A DNA stretch of 64,000 nucleotides, from assembly GCA_046313895.1 (NCBI GenBank), contig JBKBWK010000013.1:2359-66358 (forward strand). Reading direction: 5' to 3'. Below, piece after piece: positions 28,573-37,429 of the stretch; the stretch's first letter is position 1, and every line of letters begins with the position of its first letter. Origin of the DNA: Paracoccaceae bacterium (GTDB lineage Bacteria; Pseudomonadota; Alphaproteobacteria; Rhodobacterales; Rhodobacteraceae). A program made the translations under genes and the position numbers. The notes beneath the pieces are model-generated. The model was not told where the DNA came from, did not search any database, and saw only the letters and a program-made list of their open reading frames with translations.

Positions 28573-29481
28573 ATGACAATCACCGCTGCAATGGTGAAAG
28601 AACTGCGCGATACCACCGGCGCAGGCATGATGGACGCGAAAAAAGCGCTGACCGAAGTGAATGGCGACATGGAAGCCGCCGTTGACTGGCTGCGCACCAA
28701 GGGTCTGGCAAAGGCCGCCAAAAAGGCTGATCGCGTGGCCGCTGAAGGTCTGGTCGGCGTGGCTGTGACCGACGGTCGCGGTGTTGCTGTCGAAATCAAC
28801 TCGGAAACCGACTTTGTGGCCAAGAACGTCGATTTCCAGACGCTGGTACGCGAAGTGACGAAAGTGGCGCTGGAAACCGGAGACTCGATCGAGGTGCTGA
28901 AAGCGTCGCACCTGAACGGCGAGCCGATTGAAACCGTGCTGAACGCCGCCATCGCCCGCATCGGTGAAAACATGACGCTGCGTCGGATGCATGTTCTGGA
29001 AGGCGACACGGTTGTGTCCTACGTCCACAATGCGGCGGCCGACGGCATGGGCAAAATCGGTGTGCTGGTTGCACTGACCGGACCGGCCGACAAGGCGCAA
29101 GCCATCGGCAAGCAGTTCGCCATGCACATCGCGGCCACCTCGCCGCTGGCGCTGTCCGAATCCCATCTTGACCCGGTCGTGCTGGAGCGCGAGTTGGCGG
29201 TTCAAACCGCCAAGGCACTGGAAGAAAACGCATCGTCGGCCAAGCCGAAGCCCGATGCGGTGATCCACAACAACATCATTCCCGGCCGGATGAAGCGTTT
29301 CTTGTCGGAAAACACGCTGCTGGGTCAGTCTTTTGTGGTCAACCCTGACGTCACCGTGGAACAGGCCGCCAAGGATGCCGGCGTGGAAATCACCGGTTAC
29401 GCGCGGGTTGCTGTAGGCGAAGGTATCGAGAAAAAAGAAGAAGACTTCGCTGCTGAAGTGGCGAAGATGGTTCAGGGCTGA
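28573..29481 (+). CDS. tsf: Elongation factor Ts
   Basis: [31 protein letters not shown]; AGGAG RBS. Confidence 0.97.
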   Translation: MTITAAMVKELRDTTGAGMMDAKKALTEVNGDMEAAVDWLRTKGLAKAAKKADRVAAEGLVGVAVTDGRGVAVEINSETDFVAKNVDFQTLVREVTKVALETGDSIEVLKASHLNGEPIETVLNAAIARIGENMTLRRMHVLEGDTVVSYVHNAAADGMGKIGVLVALTGPADKAQAIGKQFAMHIAATSPLALSESHLDPVVLERELAVQTAKALEENASSAKPKPDAVIHNNIIPGRMKRFLSENTLLGQSFVVNPDVTVEQAAKDAGVEITGYARVAVGEGIEKKEEDFAAEVAKMVQG

Positions 29482-29509
29482 CACGATCAGCATCACGATA
29501 CAGCACTTT

Positions 29510-29534
29510 GGGCGGCCCTCGGGCCGCCCTTTTT
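29510..29534 (+). terminator. Terminator of rpsB-tsf
   Basis: GGGCGGCC-CTCG-GGCCGCCC followed by TTTTT. Confidence 0.85.
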
Positions 29535-29838
29535 CATACAAAAACCTTCGCAGGGCAGGGTAGCCTATTCATGATAGCGGTGCGCCCAAAGGGACGCACC
29601 GCCATTTTCTGTATTGCTCTACTGGGGATGAGGGCACAACACAGGACATCTCTGCCAGTCAGCCCGAAAATGCGAGCGCCCGACAGAAACATTCCGGCAA
29701 GAAGGGGAAATTCCTACCGGAGATCAAAGCAGACGCCAGACCAATGGAAATGCACCGATTGACGCCTGCCGTTCGAATACCAAAGGATAACCACTCACGA
29801 ACACCACCAGTTTGCGCCATTTGATGACGCTGCGTAAG

Positions 29839-30621
29839 TCAGGATTTCCCTACCATCTGCGCTTTGGCTGCCCTTTGGAAGATGAGGTTCAAAAGTGAAG
29901 CTTTTGCAACGGCTTGCGTCGTGGTTTCCACCTGAAGCGCCTCGCGTGCCAAGCGCAGGTGTTTTTCCACCATTGCGGCCGATACGTCCATCAACAAGGC
30001 AACATCCTGCGCGGTTTTGCCATCCGCAACCCATTCCAATGCCTGACGCTGCCGTTCTGTCAGACTGCGTTTTGCCGCCGTTTGGGGCAGGGTGGTGATT
30101 TTAAGATGCATCAGATGGGCCACAGCCAGAATTTCGTCGCGCCGCGCACCCCAGATTGCCTCGACCTGATCGGGGCTGATCCCTTTGTCCGCAATCAGCC
30201 CAAGCGCCCCCTTTGACCGCGTTGAGGTTTCTGGAAAGCTGACCGAAATGCCAGCCACCACGCCCCATGCCAGATTCTGTTGCACGGCGTCCATTTCCTC
30301 GGCGGTCAATTGTCCGGCCTCGAAAGCATCCTTCACCCACCTCCAGGTGCAGGCGCCGACATTGGCCAAGGCCCAGCGATATACCGGCGTTCGCGCGTAA
30401 AAGCCGTTGTGGAAATAGAACCGCGCGTAGTCTGCGGTTCCCGTGGTCAGAAAAATCGCATCATCGGGGTCGCCCACGTTGTCCATATGAAAAAACCGGG
30501 TGAACCCATAGTTCGCCCGCGAAAACCCAAGCTGCGCATAGAAATCAGACGCTATGGACCACACATCCTCGACCGTCGCGGCTTCGGCCATACGCGAAAT
30601 CAGCGACAAGACTGCCGTCAT
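29839..30621 (-). CDS. LuxR-family regulator with autoinducer-type N-terminal domain (solo)
   Basis: C-terminal HTH LTERQRQALEWVADGKT...VEKHLRLAREAL; no luxI in window. Confidence 0.85.
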   Translation of the reverse strand: MTAVLSLISRMAEAATVEDVWSIASDFYAQLGFSRANYGFTRFFHMDNVGDPDDAIFLTTGTADYARFYFHNGFYARTPVYRWALANVGACTWRWVKDAFEAGQLTAEEMDAVQQNLAWGVVAGISVSFPETSTRSKGALGLIADKGISPDQVEAIWGARRDEILAVAHLMHLKITTLPQTAAKRSLTERQRQALEWVADGKTAQDVALLMDVSAAMVEKHLRLAREALQVETTTQAVAKASLLNLIFQRAAKAQMVGKS

Positions 30622-30733
30622 GTCTGCCCCCATAGCTTCGCCATATATGGCGACTTGTCCTCAACCCTGACTGTTGTTCTAACCGCTCCTGACCATTTGG
30701 TCAAAGGAACCTGATTCTGAAAATGGGTGCGTC

Positions 30734-31891
30734 ATGCAGGCGGATGTAGTGGTCATCGGTGGGGCGGTGATGGGGGCTTCGGTTGCTTATTGGCTTACCC
30801 TGATGCAGCCAGGGCTTGACGTTGTTGTGGTGGAACAGGACACCACCTTTTCCCGCGCCTCGACGGCCTTGTCGGTTGCGTCGATCCGCCAACAATTCAC
30901 CACGGCGGTCAACGTGGAAATCTCGCGCTTTGGCATCGAGTTCATTCGTGACTTCAAGACACGCATGGGGCTGGATCTGGGGCTGAAAGAGCAAGGCTAT
31001 CTGTTTCTGGCCCATAGTGCCGCTGGTGCAGCAACCTTGGCTGACGTGGCCGCAATGCAGCGCAACCACGGCGCCGCGACAGAGGTCTGGACTCCGGACC
31101 AGATCAAGGCGCGCTTTCCGTGGCTTGAGGTTGGCGATCTGACAGTGGGCAGTTTCGGATTGCGAGGGGAGGGGTGGTTTGACAACATGGGCCTGCTGTC
31201 TGGTTTCCGCACGATGGCCAAGGCGCAGGGCGCACGGTTCATCGCGGACCGTGTGACGGGTTTGCGCATGGCTGGCGATCGGGTGGCCGGCGTGATGCTG
31301 GAGCGGTCAGGAGACGTATCTTGCCGCACCGCAGTCAACGCCGCCGGTACCCGCGCGGCCGAGGTCTGCCGGATGGCGGGTCTTGACCTTGCGGTGGAAC
31401 CCCGCAAGCGCACGGTGTTCGTGATCGATGCACCCAATGCCCGCCATCCGGACGCGCCGCTTTTGGTGGATGCCGGGTTCTACCTGCGACCCGAACAAGC
31501 CCACTGGATCACGGCCACGGTGCCACAAGATGACGGTCCATGTGCGCCGGATGATTTCGAGCCCGATCTTCACCTGTTCGAGGACGTGATCTGGGAACAG
31601 CTTTATGCCCGCGCACCCGGCTTTGACGCGGTAAAGGTCGTGCGGCACTGGGTCGGCCATTACGCCTATAACACGTTGGACCAGAACGCCATTCTGGGAC
31701 CGCACCCACAGGTGCCCAACCTGTTCCTGTGCAACGGCTTTTCCGGCCACGGCTTGCAGCAATCGCCGGCTGTCGGCCGCGGCATCGCCGAACACATCAT
31801 GTCCGGGTGCTGGCAAACCATAGACCTGTCGGATCTGTCGGTGGCGCGCATGCTCGAGGGCCGTCCGTTCCGGGAACAGGCCGTCGTTTGA
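30734..31891 (+). CDS. FAD-dependent oxidoreductase (DAO / sarcosine oxidase beta-like)
   Basis: VIGGAVMG, SIRQQF, VNAAG, GFSGHGLQQ. Confidence 0.85.
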   Translation: MQADVVVIGGAVMGASVAYWLTLMQPGLDVVVVEQDTTFSRASTALSVASIRQQFTTAVNVEISRFGIEFIRDFKTRMGLDLGLKEQGYLFLAHSAAGAATLADVAAMQRNHGAATEVWTPDQIKARFPWLEVGDLTVGSFGLRGEGWFDNMGLLSGFRTMAKAQGARFIADRVTGLRMAGDRVAGVMLERSGDVSCRTAVNAAGTRAAEVCRMAGLDLAVEPRKRTVFVIDAPNARHPDAPLLVDAGFYLRPEQAHWITATVPQDDGPCAPDDFEPDLHLFEDVIWEQLYARAPGFDAVKVVRHWVGHYAYNTLDQNAILGPHPQVPNLFLCNGFSGHGLQQSPAVGRGIAEHIMSGCWQTIDLSDLSVARMLEGRPFREQAVV

Positions 31892-31909
31892 TCCTTCCAC
31901 CATCATGAT

Positions 31910-31937
31910 ATATGACATAATATGGATTATAGGATGA
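31910..31937 (-). other. dif-like XerC/XerD recombination site (probable chromosomal dif)
   Basis: Minus strand reads TCATCCTATAA-TCCATA-TTATGTCATAT (11-6-11). 18/28 identical to E. coli dif and 9/11 in the XerD arm. KOPS polarity inverts here. Confidence 0.8.
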
Positions 31938-32000
31938 AAGGATGTAACGAAGATGGCCCTAAGTGAGCGCGCCCCGTTTCGATGCAAATCAAAGTGGTTT

Positions 32001-32077
32001 TGGTGCACCCAGCACGATTCGAACGTGCGACCTTTGCCTTCGGAGGGCAACGCTCTATCCAGCTGAGCTATGGGTGC
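32001..32077 (-). tRNA. tRNA-Arg(CCG)
   Basis: GCACCCATAGCTCAGCTGGATAGAGCG-TTGCC-CTCCGAA-GGCAA-AGGTCGCACGTTCGAATCGTGCTGGGTGCACCA: full cloverleaf with encoded CCA. Confidence 0.97.
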
Positions 32078-32087
32078 CTGCGTTTGG

Positions 32088-32116
32088 TCTATAGCTGTGA
32101 TGGCGTTGGCCTGCAA
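32088..32116 (-). promoter_or_regulatory. Putative sigma70 promoter of tRNA-Arg
   Basis: TTGCAG-N17-TATAGA, 10 bp upstream of the tRNA. Confidence 0.6.
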
Positions 32117-32143
32117 CGGGAAAGGAAATGTTAAGGCCGCCGC

Positions 32144-33364
32144 TCAGGCAAAAATCTCATGGCAGAACTCCAAAGCGTCGATCAGCGCGTCAACCTCGGC
32201 TTCGGTATTGTACATCGCAAAAGACGCCCGGCATGTGGCGCCTACGCCCATATGCTCCATCAAGGGCATGGCGCAATGCGTTCCCGCACGCACCGCAATG
32301 CCGCGCTTGTCCAGGATGGTCGAGATGTCATGCGCATGCGCCGCACCGTCCAGCGTGAAGCTGAAGATCGCACCCTTGCTGTCGGAATTCCCTTGCACGG
32401 TCAGCCAGTTAAGGCCCGCAAGCCTCTGGCGCGCATAGTCCCGCAAACGGCGTTCGTAGGCGGCGATCCGGTCCATTCCGATGTCCATCAGATAGTTGAG
32501 CGCCACACCCAACCCGATCTGCTGGACAATACCGGGCGTGCCGGCCTCGAATTTCATCGGCGCGTCGTTATAGGTCACAAAATCCCGACCGACCTCGCGG
32601 ATCATGTCACCACCGCCAAGGAACGGGCGCATCTCGGACATCCTGTCACGCCGGATGAAGATCGCGCCGGAACCACTTGGTCCATATAGCTTATGTCCGG
32701 TGATCCCAAAGAAATCACAACCTATGGCTTGCACATCAACAGGCATGTGCACCGCCGATTGTGATCCATCCACCAAGGTCGCCACCCCCCGCGCCCGCGC
32801 CGCATGGCAGATGCTGGCCACATCGACCACTGTGCCCAGAACGTTCGACATCTGGGTAATCGCGACCAGTTTGGTACGCGGCCCGATGGCGTCAATCACC
32901 GCCTGCGGGTCAAGATCGCCGTTGGCGTCACAGTCTACCCATTTCAACACGACGCCTTGCCGTTCGCGCAGGAAATGCCACGGCACGATGTTCGCGTGAT
33001 GCTCCATGATGCTCAGCACGATCTCGTCGCCCGCTTGCAACCGAGGTGCCGCCCAGGCGTAAGAGATCAGGTTGATGCCTTCGGTGGTGCCGGAAGTGAA
33101 GACGATTTCATCCTCGGACCCGGCATTGAGAAAGCGCGCGATGGTGCCACGCACCGCCTCATACTTGTCGGTGGCCAGATTGGAAAGATAGTGTAAGCCA
33201 CGGTGAACATTGGCGTATTCCATAGAATAAGCCTGCGTTACCGCATCAATCACGACCTGTGGCTTTTGCGCGCTTGCGCCATTGTCCAGATAGACCAAAG
33301 GCTTGCCATTGACCCGTCTGGACAGGATCGGAAAATCAGCGCGCAGCGTGGTGACATCAATCAT
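32144..33364 (-). CDS. sufS: Group II cysteine desulfurase
   Basis: YLDNGASAQKP, ANVHRG, TGHKLYGP, RAGTHCA. Confidence 0.95.
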   Translation of the reverse strand: MIDVTTLRADFPILSRRVNGKPLVYLDNGASAQKPQVVIDAVTQAYSMEYANVHRGLHYLSNLATDKYEAVRGTIARFLNAGSEDEIVFTSGTTEGINLISYAWAAPRLQAGDEIVLSIMEHHANIVPWHFLRERQGVVLKWVDCDANGDLDPQAVIDAIGPRTKLVAITQMSNVLGTVVDVASICHAARARGVATLVDGSQSAVHMPVDVQAIGCDFFGITGHKLYGPSGSGAIFIRRDRMSEMRPFLGGGDMIREVGRDFVTYNDAPMKFEAGTPGIVQQIGLGVALNYLMDIGMDRIAAYERRLRDYARQRLAGLNWLTVQGNSDSKGAIFSFTLDGAAHAHDISTILDKRGIAVRAGTHCAMPLMEHMGVGATCRASFAMYNTEAEVDALIDALEFCHEIFA

Positions 33365-33365
33365 G

Positions 33366-33950
33366 TCAGATCCCCGGTGAGATGAACGGCAACAGCAATA
33401 TGGCCAACAAGAACCCCGTGGCGATCAGCGCAAGAACAACGCCGAAGAATGTTTTCAGAACCGAAGAAAACCCATGAAGTTCAGCAACGAAATTGCTGAG
33501 AAGCCAAAGAAAGACTCCGACCGACGCGTAGCCGACAAGAATGGCGGCGGGTGGGATCAACACTTGAACCACGATTTGCACGACTTGCAGGATCAGCAGG
33601 ATGAACTGCAACCAAACCATCAGGATCAGCGCATCTTCGAACCGCCCGGAGCCACCCCGCCACCGCCCGATGTAGTGGATCGCGAACACCGACACCAGCA
33701 TCAGAACGCCTTGCATAAGGGTGCTGGTGAACGGGCTCGACATTGCGCCTTCCATGGCCAGTTGTACCTGTGCGGGCATCAGCGCAAAGGCCAGATGCGC
33801 CAGCAAGGCCGACACAATCGCCATCAAGGCGAGTGCCACCCATCGCGCCACAACAGGCAGATTGGCCTGCATCACCATGCGGGCACCTTGACGCGGATTT
33901 TGGACGGTGAACCGCGCCAATGACAGCAGGGTTGCAAGGGACAGATCCAT
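33366..33950 (-). CDS. Yip1-like membrane protein
   Basis: About 5 TM; N-terminal NP...GAR, GGSGRFEDAL loop; embedded in the suf operon. Confidence 0.7.
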   Translation of the reverse strand: MDLSLATLLSLARFTVQNPRQGARMVMQANLPVVARWVALALMAIVSALLAHLAFALMPAQVQLAMEGAMSSPFTSTLMQGVLMLVSVFAIHYIGRWRGGSGRFEDALILMVWLQFILLILQVVQIVVQVLIPPAAILVGYASVGVFLWLLSNFVAELHGFSSVLKTFFGVVLALIATGFLLAILLLPFISPGI

Positions 33951-34427
33951 TCAGCGTTCCACTTCAATCAGGGCCATGACCCAGAAAACCACAAAAGCCA
34001 CCCCGGCCGCCACCCCGACGGCCGTCAGGCCGGGGCTTGGGCCGATCAGACCCGCCACCAGTCCTTGCAACAGCATCAGCGGCGTAACCGTCACAAGCGA
34101 CCAGAACAGCGCGATCCGGGCGCCATACCAACTGCCCCTGCCCCCGAATGCCCGTGCAATCAACCGGCTGAGCGCAGCAAGGGCGTACCAAAGCGGGATC
34201 GTCGCCAAGAGCGCCAGTGCTATTGCCAGCAAACGTGGCGACACGGGCGTATTCCCGTCCTCGAACGCCATTCTGGACGCGCCCGGCCATTGGGCGACAA
34301 AGGCCAGGATCAGGAACGTGACCAGAAGGCTGAATGCAAAGGCCTCGGACTGACCGCGTGCCAGATGGCGGCGCACCACAACGCGCGGCCGGCGCCAGCT
34401 TTCAACAATGTCGGTCGTGATCGACAT
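33951..34427 (-). CDS. Yip1-like membrane protein
   Basis: About 4 TM; FGGRGSWYGARIALFWSL; TGATG overlap with sufD. Confidence 0.7.
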   Translation of the reverse strand: MSITTDIVESWRRPRVVVRRHLARGQSEAFAFSLLVTFLILAFVAQWPGASRMAFEDGNTPVSPRLLAIALALLATIPLWYALAALSRLIARAFGGRGSWYGARIALFWSLVTVTPLMLLQGLVAGLIGPSPGLTAVGVAAGVAFVVFWVMALIEVER

Positions 34428-35713
34428 CAGTGCTCATGGCGGTGCAGCCAACCTTCCAGACGCGCGCGGATATCCTCGGCAATGGCCTCGTCGTCAATTT
34501 CGGCAATCGCTTCGGCCAGAAAGGCCAGAACCAACAGGCTTTGCGCCGTCCGCTTCGGCACGCCGCGCGACTGCAGATAGAACAGCGCCACGTCGTCAAT
34601 TGCCCCCGAGGTCGATCCATGGCTGCACTTCACGTCATCGGCGTAGATTTCCAGTTCCGGCTTGGCCAGAAACTGGCTGTCGCCATCCAGAAGAAGGCTT
34701 TGCGAAATCTGATAGCCGTCGGTCTTCTGCGCACCGGGTTTGACGAGGATCTTACCCTGAAATACACCGACGGCCCCGTTCATCAGCACCTTCTTGAACA
34801 CCTGGCGGCTTTCGCAGCGCTCGGCAGCGTGCGTGACGAAAACGGTGTCGTCGTGCAGAAAGTCACCGTCCCCCACCGCAGCACCAGCCACATGGGCCAC
34901 ACCGTCATGGCCAACCAGTTCGATCACCTGTTCGTTGCGCGTCAACCGGCCATTTGCGGTGACGGTAAACGACTTGAACAGCGCCCCTGCCCCGACGCGC
35001 GCAAAGACATGCGTCACGGCATTGCGTTCGGGATCGCGCCCCTGGGCGCGGATATGGTGAAAGCGCGCGCCATCCGCGACCTCGACCTCCATCACGGATG
35101 TCATCCGCGCCGCCGCCGGACCGTGTTCCAGCAGCGTCAGTTCCGCGCCCTTTTCAATCTTCAGGCAATGGTGGATCATGGCGTCTGCAGTGTCCGACCC
35201 GCGCAGATACATCACTGATACCGGCCTTTCCGCTTTGGCGGTCGCCCGGATCAGCAGACCCTGGGTGGCATAGGCAGTGTTCAGCGTCGCAAAAGGCCGC
35301 GCTACCGGGGTTTGCCCCCGCGCTTCCAGTACGCCGTACACCTCGCGCGCCCAATGGATATCCACCCCTTCGGCCGCCGTCAGATGGCTGATCTCGACCC
35401 CGGCCAAAGCGGGATCGTCCGACCGTGACGGGTCGAAGACGCCGTCCACAAAGACCAAAGTCAACGCATCAATGCCGTCAAAAGCCGGGGTTTCGTCGGC
35501 ATCATCAAACAGGGCGGCCTGCGTCGGTGCGGGCAAATTGAGGCTGGCCGGGTCGGTATAGCGCCAGTACTCGTCGCGCTTGGTCGGCAGGCCCAGTAAG
35601 GCCAATCGTGCCACCGCATCACGCCGCGCCGCGCCCAACCATCCTGTGCCACCCGCCGAAAGACCCTCGGACCTCGCGCTCAAAGCGTCGGATTTAGCCT
35701 GCGCAAGTGCCAT
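34427..35713 (-). CDS. sufD: Fe-S assembly protein SufD
   Basis: PTKRDEYWRYT, FQGKILV, KPELEIYADDVKCSHG, LFYLQSRG. Confidence 0.93.
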   Translation of the reverse strand: MALAQAKSDALSARSEGLSAGGTGWLGAARRDAVARLALLGLPTKRDEYWRYTDPASLNLPAPTQAALFDDADETPAFDGIDALTLVFVDGVFDPSRSDDPALAGVEISHLTAAEGVDIHWAREVYGVLEARGQTPVARPFATLNTAYATQGLLIRATAKAERPVSVMYLRGSDTADAMIHHCLKIEKGAELTLLEHGPAAARMTSVMEVEVADGARFHHIRAQGRDPERNAVTHVFARVGAGALFKSFTVTANGRLTRNEQVIELVGHDGVAHVAGAAVGDGDFLHDDTVFVTHAAERCESRQVFKKVLMNGAVGVFQGKILVKPGAQKTDGYQISQSLLLDGDSQFLAKPELEIYADDVKCSHGSTSGAIDDVALFYLQSRGVPKRTAQSLLVLAFLAEAIAEIDDEAIAEDIRARLEGWLHRHEH

Positions 35714-36468
35714 CACTTCGCCTCCGCCAACAGATCGGCATAGCCGTTGTGCTCCACCTCCAGCGCAAGCTCCGGGCCACCCGACTTGATGATGCGACCA
35801 GCCGCCATGATATGCACCACATCAGGTTTGATATGGTCCAGAAGCCGTTGATAATGCGTGATAACCAAAAACGACCGCCCCTCGGATCGCAGCGCATTCA
35901 CGCCTTCGGCGACCAGTTTCATGGCATCCACATCCAGGCCCGAGTCAGTCTCGTCCAGGATACACATCTTGGGTTCCAGCATCGCCATCTGCAAGATTTC
36001 GTTGCGCTTTTTCTCGCCACCGGAAAACCCGACGTTCACCGGGCGCTTCAACATTTCGGCGTCGATCTTCAAGGTTTTCGCCTTGGCCCGCACCAATTTC
36101 AGAAAGTCTCCCGCCGACAGTTCTTCCTCTCCGCGCGCTTTGCGCTGCGCGTTCACGGCGGTGCGCAGGAAGGTCATGTTGCCGACACCGGGAATTTCCA
36201 CCGGGTATTGAAAGGCCAGAAACAATCCGGCTGAGGCGCGTTGTTCAGGTTCCATCTCCAACAGCTCTGCCCCTTCCAGCGTCGCCGAACCATCTGTCAC
36301 GACGTAGCCCTCCCGTCCCGCCAGAACATACGACAACGTGGATTTGCCAGATCCGTTCGGACCCATGATGGCATGCACCTCTCCGGCGCCGATCTTCAGA
36401 TCGACACCGTTCAGGATCACTTTGTCCTCTTCCTCAAGTTTGACGTGCAGGTTATTGATTTCCAACAT
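35713..36468 (-). CDS. sufC: Fe-S assembly ATPase SufC
   Basis: GPNGSGKS, FQYPVEIPGV, GFSGGEKKRNEI, DETDSGLD. Confidence 0.97.
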   Translation of the reverse strand: MLEINNLHVKLEEEDKVILNGVDLKIGAGEVHAIMGPNGSGKSTLSYVLAGREGYVVTDGSATLEGAELLEMEPEQRASAGLFLAFQYPVEIPGVGNMTFLRTAVNAQRKARGEEELSAGDFLKLVRAKAKTLKIDAEMLKRPVNVGFSGGEKKRNEILQMAMLEPKMCILDETDSGLDVDAMKLVAEGVNALRSEGRSFLVITHYQRLLDHIKPDVVHIMAAGRIIKSGGPELALEVEHNGYADLLAEAK

Positions 36469-36507
36469 TCTCTTGCCTCTTGGTATTCGAAAACGGCGCG
36501 CGGCGCC

Positions 36508-37098
36508 CTATTGCGGTTTCAAGAACCACCCCATCACCCAAGCCAGTTTATTTGCGGGAATGGCGGTAGGTTTCAGATGGAATTCGGCCATGCGGCCATG
36601 CATTGCGACAGGGCGGAACATCGCCTCGATGCCGTGATAGGGATCGCGCATCGCATAATCGTCAAACAGCACCGTCACAGGACGGCTGATCCGGAAAGCG
36701 GTAGCCAGCAGACAGGCGGGCCGAAATCGGCCGTCAATCAGCACGAAATCCGGATGGGAAAATCGCGGATCATCCCAGATATCAAGCGCATAGCCTGGAA
36801 AGTTGCGAAACGACTTCGGCCCGGTGGGCGTGCCCCATTTTCCTGTCGGGCCGATATCGGCATGGTGCAGCACAACCTGCCCCTTGGGCGGATGCGCATC
36901 GAACCAGTTTTGCATGCCCGCCAGCCATTCGGCGTCACTTTCGACCGAGATCACGGTCTTGCCCATCTCGGCCGCCAGCACGGTGGATCCGCCAGACCCG
37001 TATTCCAAGACCACAATGGCCCTGCGAAGGGCATCGGCCAAGGCGCTCGCCTCGACCTCGGGCAAGGTCAGAACCGGGCGGTCCAAAAGCTTAGCCAA
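36508..37098 (-). CDS. Class I SAM-dependent methyltransferase-like protein
   Basis: [10 protein letters not shown] motif [21 protein letters not shown]; TTG start overlaps the upstream gene. Confidence 0.65.
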   Translation of the reverse strand: MAKLLDRPVLTLPEVEASALADALRRAIVVLEYGSGGSTVLAAEMGKTVISVESDAEWLAGMQNWFDAHPPKGQVVLHHADIGPTGKWGTPTGPKSFRNFPGYALDIWDDPRFSHPDFVLIDGRFRPACLLATAFRISRPVTVLFDDYAMRDPYHGIEAMFRPVAMHGRMAEFHLKPTAIPANKLAWVMGWFLKPQ

Positions 37099-37402
37099 GA
37101 CGCACCGCCGTACCGCTGGCCGATACCATCAACATCTGGCCAATCACTTCGTAATCAAGGTCAACACCGACCACCGCAGTGGCGCCAAGCGCTTCGGCCC
37201 GGTCCTGCATTTCACGCAATGCCGTTTCGCGGGCATCGGCCAGCTTTGCCTCATAGGCCCCCGACCGGCCGCCGATGATATCGGTGACGCTGGCAAAGAT
37301 GTCGCGCACAATATTCGCGCCCATGATGGCCTCCCCAGCAACGATGCCTTTGTATTCGGCAATCTGATAGCCTTCGACACTTGGAGTGGTTGTCACGATC
37401 AT
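37091..37402 (-). CDS. YbjQ/UPF0145 family protein
   Basis: MIVTTT...[22 protein letters not shown]...[13 protein letters not shown]...ASGTAV. Confidence 0.9.
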   Translation of the reverse strand: MIVTTTPSVEGYQIAEYKGIVAGEAIMGANIVRDIFASVTDIIGGRSGAYEAKLADARETALREMQDRAEALGATAVVGVDLDYEVIGQMLMVSASGTAVRLG

Positions 37403-37429
37403 CGCGCAGACCCCTGATAATGAAGCATA

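Noticed and set aside
29508-29762. 84-aa + strand ORF after tsf
   Set aside because: It begins inside the terminator, runs through hairpins, and has no protein-like features.
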